Notes: a model not told the origin generated them from the letters alone. DNA of 64,000 nt from Octopus vulgaris (GCA_951406725.2 OX597822.1:86738001-86802000), one strand, 5' to 3'. Shown: positions 24,100-37,927, counted from the stretch's first letter. Program-made: numbers and translations.

Positions 24100-25040
24100 G
24101 ATTTAAGTTGTGATGGCCCCGTCTATGTCAGTGATGATGGCCTTGTAAACCAGTTCATTTCCAAGAAGTATTAAAAGAACTGTCATTGTAGAATGTACAG
24201 TTACAAAATCTTTGTCGGGTGTTCCTAATGTTATCATTCTTATTATGGTTGAAGAGAATCAGGCCTATAATGGAGATGCAACTATAACTAACTGTTACTG
24301 TATTTCCATTTAGGATCTTGTGATATTTATGTGAACGAGGGAAGTTTGTGTCAAGACGTTTCAGGAATCGTCTAGCAATGGAGGGTTTTCCGATGTCTAC
24401 TTCTTTTTGGCATATCTAATTTTGGTTCAATTTAGGTTATCTTATTCTTAAAGTTAGATTTTTAGATGAAATTGGCTTTATAATCTTTCAGTATGACGAA
24501 AGGGTTTTACGGGAGAAATCGTTTAACTTTATTATCGATGTTAACTTTCATAGCTAGTTTTTTTTTTCTTTGCTTCAACGTTAATTAATTTAGAGACTCC
24601 AGGGTTAATAATTTTTTTTTGCCTTTGTTATGTTGTCGACTTGCAATCTATTGTGTATACAGCTATCTACCTCACATACATATTTTTTGTTTTGTTTGCT
24701 TTTAATAATGAACCAGCAGAATTTTTGAAAGGTTCAAGCAAGTATTTTAATCTATGTTTGAAGCTATTTGTTTTGTGGTTGATTTTATGTTTTTAACTAA
24801 TTGTATTTTGTCATTTTCGAATCTATCCAAAACTTTTATATAAGGTTGGTTCAAAACCAAAACTACCCTCTGTGTGAGGGCTGGACTTAGCTGTATGGAA
24901 GAAAAATGCATTTGATTTAATTCTTTTCAGAAAGTCTTACCGCTTGTCGGTGATGGGATTAGCATCAACATTCTCCGCAGATTCCACTGATTAAAAAGTG
25001 TCGGGTGAAAGAACTGCGCATTATAAGGCATGAAACCTAA
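24100..25040 (-). mobile_element. Penelope-like element N-terminal ORF remnant
   Basis: Frameshifted minus-strand segments FLKRIKSNAFFF, RFENDKIQLVKNIK, IIKANKTKNMY and PFVILKDYKANF resemble the Penelope pre-RT region. Confidence 0.55.
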
Positions 25041-25087
25041 AGTAGTGTTGAAAATCTACAAATAAAGAATACACACACACACACACA

Positions 25088-25139
<52 letters not shown>

Positions 25140-25141
<2 letters not shown>

Positions 25142-25935
25142 TGGCGGTCCACTCGTGACTGAAGAAAACCATTACCGACCTTTAGGAACAGGGTGCGATC
25201 AAGACTACCATATACTTTACACTTGCGGCTCTGTTGGTGGCTAACGAGCTCTGTTCCTGGCAAACATATACGACTGCAAACATTGCAGACCAAGCTATCT
25301 CCATTCATTATACTAGCCGTGTGCTTTTGAGCAGCATGCTTAAATTCTTCATGAAGAATACATGCTCTTTCAAAGGTATCGACTCCCTCCTTTACCCGTT
25401 TCCTCCACCCGATGATAAGCATTGCTCTCCCAGACAACCTCCTACATTTCACAGGCCTTTAATGAGGACTTTACACAGTCCTTAAATCGCAGTCTTGGTT
25501 TCTGCCGGGGTCTCTTTCCACTAACAAGTTCCCCATATAGCATCTGTTTAGGGATCCTGCTATCCTTTATTCTAATAGGGTGTCCTGTCCAACGTAACCA
25601 ATACTTGTGCACCATCACCTCAATACCCAAGATATTAGCTTTCCTCAGGACCTGTGCGTCTGGAGTTTTTAAGGTCCAGCCAACATTCAGAATGTGTCTG
25701 AGAATCTCTGATGAAAGCGTTCAAGGACCTTTACATGACGTTTGTAAAGGGTCCATGTCTCACATGAGTAAAAGAGTGATGTCAGTACACATGCATGGTA
25801 CACAGCAATTTTTGTTTGCTTTGTGATGCCATACTGGGACTAGACATGAGACTCAAGAGACCAGAAGGAATCAGTTGCTCTCTGCAGCCTGAAAGATATT
25901 TCATCATCCAGGGAGCAAGAATGGCTGAGTGTGCT
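25140..25935 (-). mobile_element. RTE-clade LINE 3' fragment
   Basis: LRWTGHPIRIKDSRIPKQMLYGELVSGKRPRQKPRLRFKD and a C-terminal CxxC...SH zinc-finger-like motif (CNVCSRIC...VSH). Confidence 0.85.
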
Positions 25936-26015
25936 GCAGAACACACGCATATATGTACATAGATATATATACACACAGGAGCGCACGCTCACGTTGTGTG
26001 CATTTGTGTGTGTAT

Positions 26016-26093
26016 GTAGTCGTAGTAATAGTAGCAATAGCAGTAGCAACAGTAGTAACAGTAGCAGCAGCAGTAGCGGCAGTATTATTATTA

Positions 26094-26180
<87 letters not shown>

Positions 26181-26190
26181 CTAGTCGTAG
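26016..26190. repeat. Compound trinucleotide microsatellite (TAG/CAG)n(TAT)n(TAG)n
   Basis: Directly visible. Confidence 0.95.
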
Positions 26191-28609
26191 GTCTGTATAG
26201 TGACTGTGAGTATGTAACACAGACGCAGAAAAGTCTTGCATCATTGTTGCCAGAAACTGTTGTTCGTCTGGCAAAAGGTGTTTTGGTGCGTTCGCGGTAA
26301 ATCTTGTAAAAGCTCGTCTTCATCTGTACTATTTGAAAGTATAATCGCTGAGCTGTACAGTGGTATCTGGGTTGCTAGTAAAGCTGTACATGAATTTATT
26401 TCATAGCTGCTCTTCTGTTCGTCCATACAATTTATCTCTTGTACCAGACGACTACTAACTTTGTCATTCTGGAGTGGGTTTGCGCTGGAGTGGTCCGACA
26501 ACCACGGCACACAATACCTATGGTTAAACTACATTAGATTCTTCTATTTGTTTCTTCTGCATTTGCTCTTGTTTACAGTGGAGCTCGATAATATGACATT
26601 GATCTGAGTCACAAATTGATTAGGGAAATGATGACAAAGACTTAACTGTTGACGTCGGTTTGTCTGAATATATCAATGAGGTAGTGTAATGGCTTAATGA
26701 TGCGAAAAGTGAAGACTTCGACCATCACTGCTTGTTGCTTTAAGAATGGTAGCTAATGCGCTAGTGATCGGTTGAGAAACTGATGAGTTAGGGTGACATC
26801 GATATCAACCTGTCTCAGACTCGGCCGTCAACGAAATATAACTTCTAATCAGTAAATTTGTTCTCTTCACCGGCGCACATGAATATAATATATTCGATAC
26901 AGTATTACTTCTGTTGAGAGTTAAGTGTGTATTTGTTATAGCTCATGCTAGAGAGTGGTAGGTGTCTAAGCTATCGACTTTGTCAGCCATGACTTTCTCC
27001 TTGAAACGTTAACCTGTGTTATTTGTAACCATCAAATCACTCATGTTGACAATGGAAGTAAAACCATTACAAAATTTTCCAGGAAGGATTACACTGGCGA
27101 GGTTCCTGTTAATACTCTCAGTGTTCCGAGGAGAACTCGAACCTAGTACAAGAAGCTAACGAACGATATATTAGTTAATTAGATATCTGTTGTTTACAGC
27201 GCTGTCTTCCACATTTTCCGTTTTCTACTCAGATCAACGGGAGAAACGACCATTAGTATTAGCGATGGACACTGCGGCAGTGATCCTTCAGCTTAGATGT
27301 TGCCTGACTGACTTAACTTGACCATGAGTGGCTCTCTTAAATCTAATAAGAATCGACTTAGTGTATCTATTATTATTTCTTTGTATTCATTTGCTTCAGG
27401 ACTCTAAAACAAAAAGAAATAATCGGTTTGTCTAATAAATTAAAGCATATGTAGGAATAAAAAGCAAAAAGAAAAAGAAAATGCTTCCAAATGAGCCGAA
27501 TAAAGTATCAGGTCATTTATAAGTTTCTATAAATGACTATTTCGGTCCATTTTCCCCGATGGAAATGTTCAGTTTATTGAACCTCTTCCACTTATTTACT
27601 GACTGACTTCCGTATAATCAGGGAATGTTAACTGCGGAGGAGAAGGAAGAGGAGGAGGAACACAACTAAAGAGAAAAGATACCGAAAGAAGATAAAAGAA
27701 AATGGCGGATTTGAAGTAAAACTAAACAAAAAAAACACAGAGAAATTAGTAAACGTATGATGAAAGAAAGTATCACGCACGCACGCACACACACACACAC
27801 ACAGAAAAAAAGAACTGAAGGAAGAAATAAAGGGAAATAAAGGGGAAAAATAAGTGGGAAGAGAGGCCAGAAAAGTTAGAAGTAGGATAATCTATGAAGA
27901 AGTAATGAAAGAGAAGAGTAAGTGAAATAGAGAGAGAAACAAAGCGGGAGGGGGAGATGTGAAGGCAGCGGAGGCAAGATGAAAGCAAAACGAGGGAGAA
28001 AATGTCTGTTGAGTGACACAAATTTCGTTTGACTCGAACTACAGAAGTAATTGAAAAGGGAAACCGTTCATTAAACGCTAAACATTTGGCCGTATCTTCA
28101 CAGCCGAATCAACAACCGAGGTTAAATGCTCAATCTAATCTTCTGTTGAATCCTATCTAAATTGTCTGCCATCATCTTTTCTTTCTTTGTTTTTAGAATT
28201 GCTAATTTAACCCTTTTTTGATTATTAGGGAACCATGTATGATCAAGTGCATAGATGAGGGTGCCTGAGGGACGAAGGTTCGTATCTCGTCTTTGGTGTT
28301 TGTTGTGTTTGCGGTAAAAATGCATCTTCTGACCCAATATATCTCAATATAAATAAATATCAATACATTTCTTCCGCTCACCTCTAAAGAGCGGAAATAC
28401 TGTTTCGTGCAAGTCACTTCAGAAATAGAGAAGAGCCCGAGTTACTCTTCAAGGAGGAGAAATATTTTAGGAGAACATAGTACATGACTTTTATATATCC
28501 CACTAGAATAAAAGGCAAAGGTGATCTCGGTGCTATTTGAAGTTAGGAAACAAAAACACGCCATTAGGTATTGTATACAACCTATCGTTTTTGTTACATC
28601 ATCGTCATT

Positions 28610-28780
28610 TAAGGGCAGGGAAATATTGGTGTCAAATTTTGGCACAAGGCCGGTAATTTCAGAAGAGGAGTAAGTCGAGTACATCAACCCCCAGTACTCA
28701 ACTGGTACTTATTTTATCGACACCGGAAGGATGAAAGGCAAAGTCGACCTCGGCGGAATTTGAACTCAGAACGTAAGAGC
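28610..28780 (-). mobile_element. Nin-domain tRNA-SINE fragment
   Basis: CTGGTACTTATTTTATCGAC...GGATGAAAGGCAAAGTCGACCTCGGCGGAATTTGAACTC is the reverse complement of the 59115 copy. Confidence 0.8.
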
Positions 28781-29184
28781 AAGGAATATTAAAAGCTTAT
28801 AAATGACTCGATAATCTGCACTCTCTGAAGTTCACCCAAGCAGTGAGTATAACTGCCGAACAGGTCCTCAACTTCATGATACGCACGTATAATGCCTACG
28901 TCTACACTGTCCCTCCTCCCCTCTCTCTTTCCATCATCTCCTTCCCCTCTCTATCATTCACTTCATACAACCTACACCCATAATGTATATTGAATTTCTC
29001 GCACAGAGAGTAAAACTCCTAGACATTCTCATGCATTGTGTACAAATTGCCTGACGCATCATTATAAAGTGTCAGGCTTTCATCTTCATCTAATATACAA
29101 AACTTAATAGACTTTGCTTCGAGTTGGCCATTTTAAGGGAGTAAATTTACTTTTTCATTCACTGAGTTCAAAATGGGTTGAAAG

Positions 29185-29492
29185 CAATGTTCCCTTTAGG
29201 CTGGGCGCTTGTGTTTGCACATACATATTTTACAACTAGCACACAAAGGAAAAAAGGAGCGCACAGAATGTTTTCAAAATAATATCTTAATTGAAGAAAT
29301 TGATGATATAATTTCATCATAATAAAATCTTAAATATTACGCAATTAAAAATGGTCTGCATTTACTTAGGTTGTTAGTATGGCGTTTGAGTGGTGATTAC
29401 TTGCATGGTTGTGCACATACATATTTTGCAAAGTAGGGCAGAATTTACAAATGTTTATGCACAGCCACTGCAAATCATTAGAAGGAATATTG
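29185..29492. mobile_element. Old hAT-like MITE; related partial copy at ~15835-16000
   Basis: Imperfect TIRs CAATGTTCCCTTTA / TAGAAGGAATATTG; degenerate 8-bp TSD GTTGAAAG / GTGGAAAA; internal ATAATTTCATCATAATAAAATCTTAA shared with ~15892. Confidence 0.6.
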
Positions 29493-29779
29493 GTGGAAAA
29501 TCATGATAAGAACACTAAATACACCATTGTCGAGGATAAATTGACTCAAACATAGCATTCGGTACTGGTTTATGAACATGAAGATTAAGAAAAGAGAGTA
29601 TAGCACAGACTAATGTAAAGATTCTGGATAACAAGATCCTGGAAAACTGACTGAAGACGAGATTATTACAGAACTGTGAGTGAATCCTTCCAAGGTGGCA
29701 CGGTATTTAAATTAACTGAAAAAAGTCAAAATTCGGACAAATTAATCTCTCCTAAATAAAATGACTAACGAAAATGATC

Positions 29780-30640
29780 CCATCGAAATTTTAAGTGGAC
29801 GTATAAAGAAGGAAAGAAATACTCTGGTTTTCAAACTGACAAATTCTTATTGGAATGTACAAGGTTATGTTTTGATGTGATGAATGTTTTCCGAAGACTG
29901 GTGGATAATTTACTGACAATAACATCAAAAGACTTTACGTCTGTCTCGATGACGCTATTGTTTTCAGTAAAAATATTGAGAAGCTCGACGAAAACTTGGC
30001 CAAATTAATTTTAGCCAGTCGAAGACTAAACATTAATCAGTGAGAAATGTCTTCTCAGTCAAGCATTCACACAAAATAGAAAGTAATTTGCCGAAGTTGA
30101 AAAATTGTTATAAACCCGACGTTGTACAACGACAGCTAGATTTGCTTAGTTACTACACTAAACGATGTTTCGTTTCTGGAAAGCTATTCACCCTCTACTT
30201 TTCCATTCCAGAAAAAGATACCAAAATGTTAATCATTTGCTTAAAACTTCATCAATTAACACCACAATCTACTGTTTTACTTCAATGTTCCCGGCCTGTT
30301 ATAAACGATGCTTCTGGTTCTACACCTTCGAGCGTCCTTTTACAGTGTAATGTTTGTTACTCTCTTCCCCGGAACATATCTTTCGCCCTGGAAAAAAATG
30401 TCTCATCGACTGGAAAGGTGATTCTGGTTATTCTAGAAAGTGTAAGGATATGGCGAACCGTAAAATATTTCCAGACTATTTTACATTACACATTTATCAA
30501 AGAAACCACCTCCGTGTTTGGCAACAAAAATATAACGAAAACGAAAAACAAGATTCTTTGTTGGCACAGGGCATTATTGCTCTTTTCTACCAAGTGATCC
30601 TCAACAAAATCTTCAGAAATTGCGAATTTACATAAACTTT
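29780..30640 (+). mobile_element. Highly degenerate Ty3/Gypsy RT-RNase H remnant
   Basis: Frameshifted motifs VFRRLVDNLL, CLDDAIVFSK (YxDD-like), EKCL, RQLDLLSYY, NDASG..SSVLLQ, EKNVSSTGKVILVILESVRIWR. Confidence 0.7.
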
Positions 30641-31411
30641 TGTGTTCTGTCGTCAGGTTCGTCTAAATAGCTGTATAGGCCCTGCCTCGGCCAAAGAACT
30701 GCACTGGGCCTCCTACATATACAACATAGATTAGCACTGGGCTATCCTCCAGGGCAACGCCTTGTCCATTTTGTCTACTGGCATCATGAGAAACGTAATC
30801 CAATGATTTTATCAAAGAGTTTAATGACATCTGCTTAACTGCGCATAAAACGCTATTAATAACAATGAAATTAAAACTGCCCCGCATCTCCACGTATTAA
30901 GACGGCTCAATGTGAGTTCTAATTTATCATTTTCTTACAAGCGTGCTGGGAAAGTCTAGCATCGATCCGTCAGCGAAAACGAAGTCACGGCGCCTGCAAC
31001 TCGAAATTTCTCGTCTTTCAACGTAGATTCGGAAAACATTGGAGAAACAAAATTTATAAAGCACCTATGAATGTTACGAATTGCAACTTTCTGTCCAGAC
31101 GCATGTGGAATATTTTAAATGAAAACTGGTGGGCAGCCATTTGTAGTGATTAGAGTTGAACACTTTTCGTTGAGACAACTTGAACACTTAACTCGATTAA
31201 ACGAATGCCATTTTGTCTATAGTCTCTTGTGATGACACATCAGTTAAGTTAAACATTTTAGAAAGCATACACGACCTTGTTTTCGGCAACAAAGATATAA
31301 ATCACTGAAAAGATAAATGTTACGGACTTAGAGATGAAGACAGCAACACACGCATGCACGCACGCAAGTATACACGCAAGCACACACCACACACACACAC
31401 ACACGCACACA

Positions 31412-31459
<48 letters not shown>

Positions 31460-33481
31460 CTACCGGATATTGACTAAAAATCTCAACTTCTCTCGCCGAA
31501 ATTTCTTAACTTTTTATGGGGAGAGTATCAAGGGACATTAAACGTATCAACATGGCTATCAACAGTCCTTGTCGCCCTTGTCGTTCACCGAAATAGCCAA
31601 ACTATTGAAGCTAAAAAGAACCGCCCCATGCAAGTGGTCTGCTTGATGTGGTGATCTCAGCTGCCAGCAAATCTTCAAAATGTCTGTGCTTTCCTCCACC
31701 TCAGCCTGTAGAAAGTGCCATGTTTCTGAAATACATCTGTACACATGATTTCACGTCCCTGGTTCCGAACTCGATGAATAACTAAGCAGGTTTCTAAAGT
31801 GATAAACTCTATAGAAATTTCTTCACTGTTAAAACTTGTTGTGGAAAGGCCAAATATCCATTGGTAAAAGGCAGTCTGGTGTGTTCATTCTAGTTCTAGT
31901 TTACCGCAGTTCTGCTAATTGGAGGTATGATTGTTGAACTGGTCGATGTTCTGTATGAAGGTATCTAGCTTGCTGATGATGGCTGTGTCTAAATTAAAGA
32001 TTACTAAGCTGATTTACTGCCCATCCTTGCTACATCTGCTGTGAATTAACCCTGGGTATGTCGACTGGACGTTCTACTCTGGGATGAGTTGCATGCCCGA
32101 CTAATCATGCCAGCAGGTAAGCATCTTTCGGTTACCTCATCCACTTCTGCATGAACGACTAGATACGCCTATTAATATTGTATCAATTTATGTCGCTAAT
32201 CAGTTAGAAAGTTAACAACTTAGGATCATTTTAGCGCTTGCTTTGTTCAGTAAATAAATGAAATGGTTCACGAGATGACAGGTAAGAAAAGTAATAAGGT
32301 AGGCTGAGTTGTTGACACTAGTTTGTCTGGGAAGATGAACAAAACCGTTGAGCGGTCGATAAAATGGTGACTTAGGTTCGTTCGGCTGTTGAGGAACTCA
32401 AACTGTAAGTCTATGGATATATTCACTTTAGTGACATGTCACAAATATATTATTGGGAGATATTCATAACAAGTCTTAAACAGAGGTATCTAGACAAGAG
32501 AGTCGTGGAGAGATTCTGATAAGTTTAGTCGATCAAGGCTGATCGGAGGCTTATAAGAAAACAAAACTAAAATCAAGAAAACTATTTTTCATCAACAGGA
32601 AAGGGGTTAATCCTCTAGCTGGCCGAAAGGGGTTAAATTTTCTGGCTGGCAGAACTCAGTTACATTCAGCACAAATCTATCAAAAAGCTTATGAAGATTA
32701 AAATTGAGATACCATATTCTCTCTACCGCCCACTTACGGATTTCAGTTGTTCAAGATTCTCTGTTCTGTTTTACAGCAGAAAATTTGTCCCAATAAGTTT
32801 CCACAAAATTCATAGATTTTAAGAATCTAGAATTTTATTAAAAACTGGTTTCAAATGCTTATTTTAAGAAAGAAGAAAAACAAAAACAAACAAACAAACC
32901 AAAAGCAAACCAAATAAACAAATAAACAATATCAGTTAAAAAGAGACATTATGATATCCCGGAGAGAGTGTTTGAGGGTTTATGGCAGAGTCAGAGAAAA
33001 CAGTCACAGAGGTCCATTAATTAATAGATTCTACAGTCGTGTAGTAATCTCGGGTTTTTGGTGGAGCTCAAGTTTCGTAGATTAAATCCTAGTGTTATAT
33101 AATTCTTCACGCACGCACACACACACACGCACGCGTGCACGTACGCACGCACACACACACACACACACATACGTACATAAACAAAAATTCGAGACGACCA
33201 GAAAATATTTGCTCTCGAATTGTTTGTAATTTTAATTATTTATTAAAAACAAAGCAAAAATAAAATATACACACACAGTCTCTCTCCCCCTCATACACTC
33301 ACATACACAGATACACATACTCACATGCAGATACACACATACACGCACACACACATAAATACACAGACGTGCAGAGTATTTTAAAACAAAACACAAGAAA
33401 AAAAAAAGTCCAGGAAAAGATGACGTTCAACTGGATACACGAAGGAAACAAGACGACATTCTACAAAACTGCCCTCAGCTC

Positions 33482-33608
33482 CCGTCATAAGGCCGTCATA
33501 AGGTCACCGTCATAAGGCCACCGCCATAAGGCTACCCACACACACACACACACACATAAGGCCACCGTCATAAGGCTACCGTCATAAGGCACCCGTCATA
33601 AGGCCACG
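33482..33608 (+). repeat. Minisatellite, ~14-bp unit CCGTCATAAGGCCA, about 8 copies, interrupted by (CA)n
   Basis: Directly visible. Confidence 0.9.
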
Positions 33609-33699
33609 GAAATTACTCTATATCACGGCACATGTCACTTCCCTCTACTGATGATATGGATGATACAACAAGCTACCAGGATATTAGTCGAGATGGTAA

Positions 33700-35320
33700 C
33701 CAGAACCGGGAAAACTTCAACCCTGAACCGATAGAACATCTCTCACCAAAAAACATCAGAACTGAAACTGTGAAACAGAAATGAACCAGAGAGCAACATA
33801 AGGAAGTAATGGTAGTGTTCTTCACAGCCGTTTACAGACCTCAGAACAACATCACTGAGCCAACAGAATGGAGGAAAAATTATAGGGAACAACACGGCCC
33901 CAAATATGAAGGCCAGTAAACTAGGTAACATTCCATCCATCCATCCATCCATCTTCTCTGCCCGCACTATTCCCGGGAGGATCGTGAGGAAAGGGTCCTC
34001 AGGCACCTCCTCCATAAGATCAGAAGCCGGCGTCATTACACTTTCCAACTGGATTCCTGAGTGTGACCAACTAACACAATGGACATTGTCCAACCATCTC
34101 TTTCTTGGTCTAACCCTAGGCCTTCTTCCGATTGACTCAGCTTAAAAAATCTGTCTTGCGATTCTTTCATGCGGCGACATTCTAGTCCGTATTAATGGAG
34201 CTATGACCTTTCAATGTGAAGTAGTAGTAGCTTGACATGGAAAGAATCCTCGATCTCCAAGCTATGCACCCTATCGAGTAACGTAATACCAGGGATTTTT
34301 CAGAGGAACCCCATTTCGGCCGCTTGTATTCTCGATCATATTCTTTGGGTCTTTACAATAGGGGTGGTTTCCGTCCTGGACATAGCACAACTGGCCAGAT
34401 ATTTACACTTCGAAAAATCGTAGGAATATTGCCAAAAGATGTATGCTATTCCCCGAAAAGGTATGTGACTGCTTACCGCAGTACATAGTGTGGTGAGTTT
34501 TGCAGGAGTTTGAGATTAATGGAAAACTTATGGGTGCCCATATACGAATGCCCAGATGTTTGTGTTCGTATAAATGGTGCCATGTCGAAACCTTTTAGCG
34601 TAGTTCTTGGGCTTCGGCAGGGATGTATATTGTCACCTCTCCTTTTCATAATTTTTATGGATTGGATTGACAGGCACAGCCATTGAGAAAGTGCTGTCAC
34701 ATTCGGTGGTTGTATGTAAGACTTGAAGGGACATAATGTAAAACAACGGACTCACACAGGTAGAACTTGGGCAAATAATCAAATCCCTGGAAAATAAAAT
34801 TGCAAATACTAGGGCGACTGTTATTGCCCTACATAATATAAGCCAAAAGGAAAATGCACAACAAATAAATAATATCCATAAGAATGAGCAATTTCCATAA
34901 TGAAGATGAGCGATCATTCTTAGAGTATGAGAAAGAAGAAATTGCAGAAGCTAAAGAGGAATAAGTAAGGCCTTAGTTACGGAAATGAAAAACGGAGATC
35001 CACTCCGAAATTCCAGACAAGAAATATTCTGACAAAAGAGAAATATATAACCCAGCGACGAAAGAACTACCGATGGAAAATGATACAACTAGAAACAACT
35101 TTATGTACTCAATGCCAAAAGATCTTAGCATCTAAATGGGTGTTATAACGAAGAGAAAAGAAAGAAAACCATGTTAATCAACAACTAAAGTGGAAAGTTA
35201 AGATACGGAAGAAAATAGAATGTCGAAAAGGAGAAATCTTAGGTTGCACATCATGCCGATATAACTGTCTTCGGGAACTGTTTTCAGGAAACGTACCCAT
35301 TCATACATTCCTGAGCGTTT
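33700..35320 (+). mobile_element. R4/Dong-type retrotransposon N-terminal remnant, interrupted by an RTE-X insertion
   Basis: KQKxTREQHKEVMVVFF...EWRK...ASKLGN before 33930 and NNGLTQVEL after 34740 resemble the R4-clade ORF N-terminus; degenerate. Confidence 0.5.
33931..34715. mobile_element. RTE-X/Expander (Rex3-like) LINE with 5' inversion
   Basis: Minus-strand 3' part (33931-~34360) with (GGAT)n tail and SRIQAAEMGFL...GRRPRVRPRKRWLD. Plus-strand RT part (~34361-34715) with GFRPGHSTTGQIFTL and GLRQGCILSPLLFIIFMD. Confidence 0.8.
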
Positions 35321-35368
35321 TCCCATTAAGGTCTTCTTACACACACACACACGCACACACACACGCAC

Positions 35369-35451
<83 letters not shown>

Positions 35452-35512
35452 TCTATATGTATACGTATATGTATGTGTGCGTGAGCGTGCGCATGTGTGT
35501 ATGTATGTATAC

Positions 35513-35547
<35 letters not shown>

Positions 35548-35828
35548 CACATATGTATATTATTCCAGTTAAAGCAGCTATTTTCAAATGTCTGCTGCAC
35601 GAACCATCGTCGTCAACCGCCATCACTGCCTTCTGCTCGCCTGCTTTCATGAAAGGCAGATGAAATATTTCTATCCGAGGTGATACCCTGGCATCATCAC
35701 CAAACGCAGATAATAACTCCACTGTTCTACACAACGATGACTACCATCACTGGCGGTTCTGCTTTGTTTGTTTGGATGTGTACACTTATAGTTGCTATCA
35801 TCCATCCATCCATCTCTCACACCCACTG

Positions 35829-35980
<152 letters not shown>

Positions 35981-36020
35981 CCTTTATCTGTACGTGCATA
36001 CACCTTCCATACATACACGT

Positions 36021-36051
<31 letters not shown>

Positions 36052-36942
36052 TTGTGTGTGCACCGCCACTAACATATAAACACATACACACGTATACACA
36101 CATATACACTCACTCGCGCCATCATCTCCTACACATTATTCACACACACAGATAATATTCATAAATAGCTACAAGAGTTCGTTAATGAAGAATTTCAAGT
36201 TATTTTGAGAATAAAAATAGCAGACGATAAAAACTGATGCCTTTGTGAACTCATCTTAATACTGAATTCGGTCAGCAATGGTTGTTGCTGTTGTTGTTGT
36301 TGGTGATGGTGGAGGTGGCTGTGGTGTCTTTTTTGCTTGACGTTGTTGGTTTGAGTTGCTAACTTCTCAACTTTTAACCATAAGCCATCCTTAATTAAAC
36401 AGATGATCAAAACCATTTCAGCCGTGACCATCCCTCTTTTTGAGATTTATACAATACCATCACCTAGAGTGTGTCCCCTACTTAAGTTCGTAGACTGTTT
36501 TGGTGGGTATTTGTCTACTATTTCTGGAAGGTCGAGTAACCATACAGAAACCTCTTCCATTCTCGTTGCTTCCGTAGCTTCTGGTTGTATGCGTTTGTGT
36601 GTGTATGTGTGTGTGTGTGTGTGTATGCGTGTGTGCGCGTGTGTGTGTGTTGGTGTGTGTATGTGTGTGTGTGTGTGTATGTATTTAGGGGGTAGAGTCC
36701 ACAGTGATCCGTAGGTAGAAGTGCAGCCGGAGGGTAAATGTCCAAAAGAGAATCTGTAAAGGGTAGATAGAAAGTCCAGTGAAGTTCGTGTGTGATAAGA
36801 AATGACAGGGTCAACTGGTGCAACCACGTGAGCGTGTGATATATGGAGAGAGTTCACGGAAAAAAACAACAACAAAAGACGAAGACAGGTGGTGTACAAA
36901 ACAAACAGATGTATTAGTATAACGCTCAGGAATTGAAAAAAT

Positions 36943-36978
36943 CTTTTACGTTTCGAGCCTACGCTCTTCTACAGAAAG
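36943..36978 (-). ncRNA. Minimal hammerhead ribozyme-like motif (variant core CUGUAGA) in a Penelope pLTR-like repeat (~36840-37050)
   Basis: Minus strand: CTTT-CTGTAGA-A-GAGC-GTAG-GCTC-GAAA-CG-TA-AAAG; stems I and II pair. Confidence 0.6.
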
Positions 36979-37927
36979 GAACACAGGAAAAAAAAAAAAC
37001 AAAGAGAAAAACAAGGAGAGAGAAAAATGTGTGTAGTGGCTACCGATCTATCAAGGTTCTATCATCAGCTGCATCGAGAGGAGAATTTAAGATGGACGAA
37101 GAACTGACTGTAAAAAGAAAAAAAGGCACATTTGTTCACATATTGTACAAATATTAAATTAAACCCAATGGCTGGTGGATTATTTCATCAACTCCGGCAG
37201 AATAGAAGACAAATTAGTCCTAAAAGTGATTTCGGTATTTGAAGGGGGTCGCAAATATATGCCACAAAACATTTTGTCTGACGTTGCTTTAATACGAACC
37301 AGGAATATAATATGGATTAATATCAAGGATATTTGATTTCCGCAAAAATGTGGCCCTGCCAAATCAGAAGAAACCATTATTTTCTGTAAGGATGTTTTAA
37401 TCACGGATTAAATGTTGTTTTTTAGTTTCGTTTGTCTAAATTTTGAGATCAAATCCTGTTAGGCTCACTTTTAGCGTCTTCAACCAATCCCGTCAGTGCA
37501 ATTGTGTTAAACTGCGATAGATTCAGTACCTATATATCAGTGATATATTAGGGTCAAAAATAAAGAAATCGAACGAAGGAAATTTGTATTTGAATACATA
37601 AAGTGGACCAAGAGAAGCCTGTAAAGTTATTCTCTTTGTAACGATGTGGTGCCGGGTTCGATTACATTGCCCGACGTCTTACCCGTGGTGCTGTGTTATG
37701 GCGATTGAAGAAAAGCATTGAATTGACCAAACAATTTTGACCAAACCATTTTGAGTAGAATTTTGAAGACAGGAATTGTTTAAGAAATTTCTGTGAAATA
37801 GGGGAGGGAGTAGCATGTTAGAGGAAGTAAAGGAAAACGTGAAGCAGAGGAGAATATGCGAGAGAATATTTGAGAGACTTGGTGACATCTGTTCTTTGAG
37901 AGGGCCAAAAGAGGTTCAGACATTGCC

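Noticed and set aside
25840-26323. Poly-I/L/N/T/S/V ORFs
   Set aside because: Translations of trinucleotide microsatellites; the same applies to 45382-45833 and 42623-42895.
26200-27350. Possible LTR-retrotransposon gag/protease remnant on the minus strand
   Set aside because: No motif convincing enough to assign without a profile search.
31500-31790. Possible LINE endonuclease remnant on the minus strand (also a weak RTE-like remnant at ~8370-8780)
   Set aside because: Too degenerate to call with confidence.
33482-33608. CRISPR-like array
   Set aside because: Short tandem units without unique spacers, eukaryotic context, and no cas genes.
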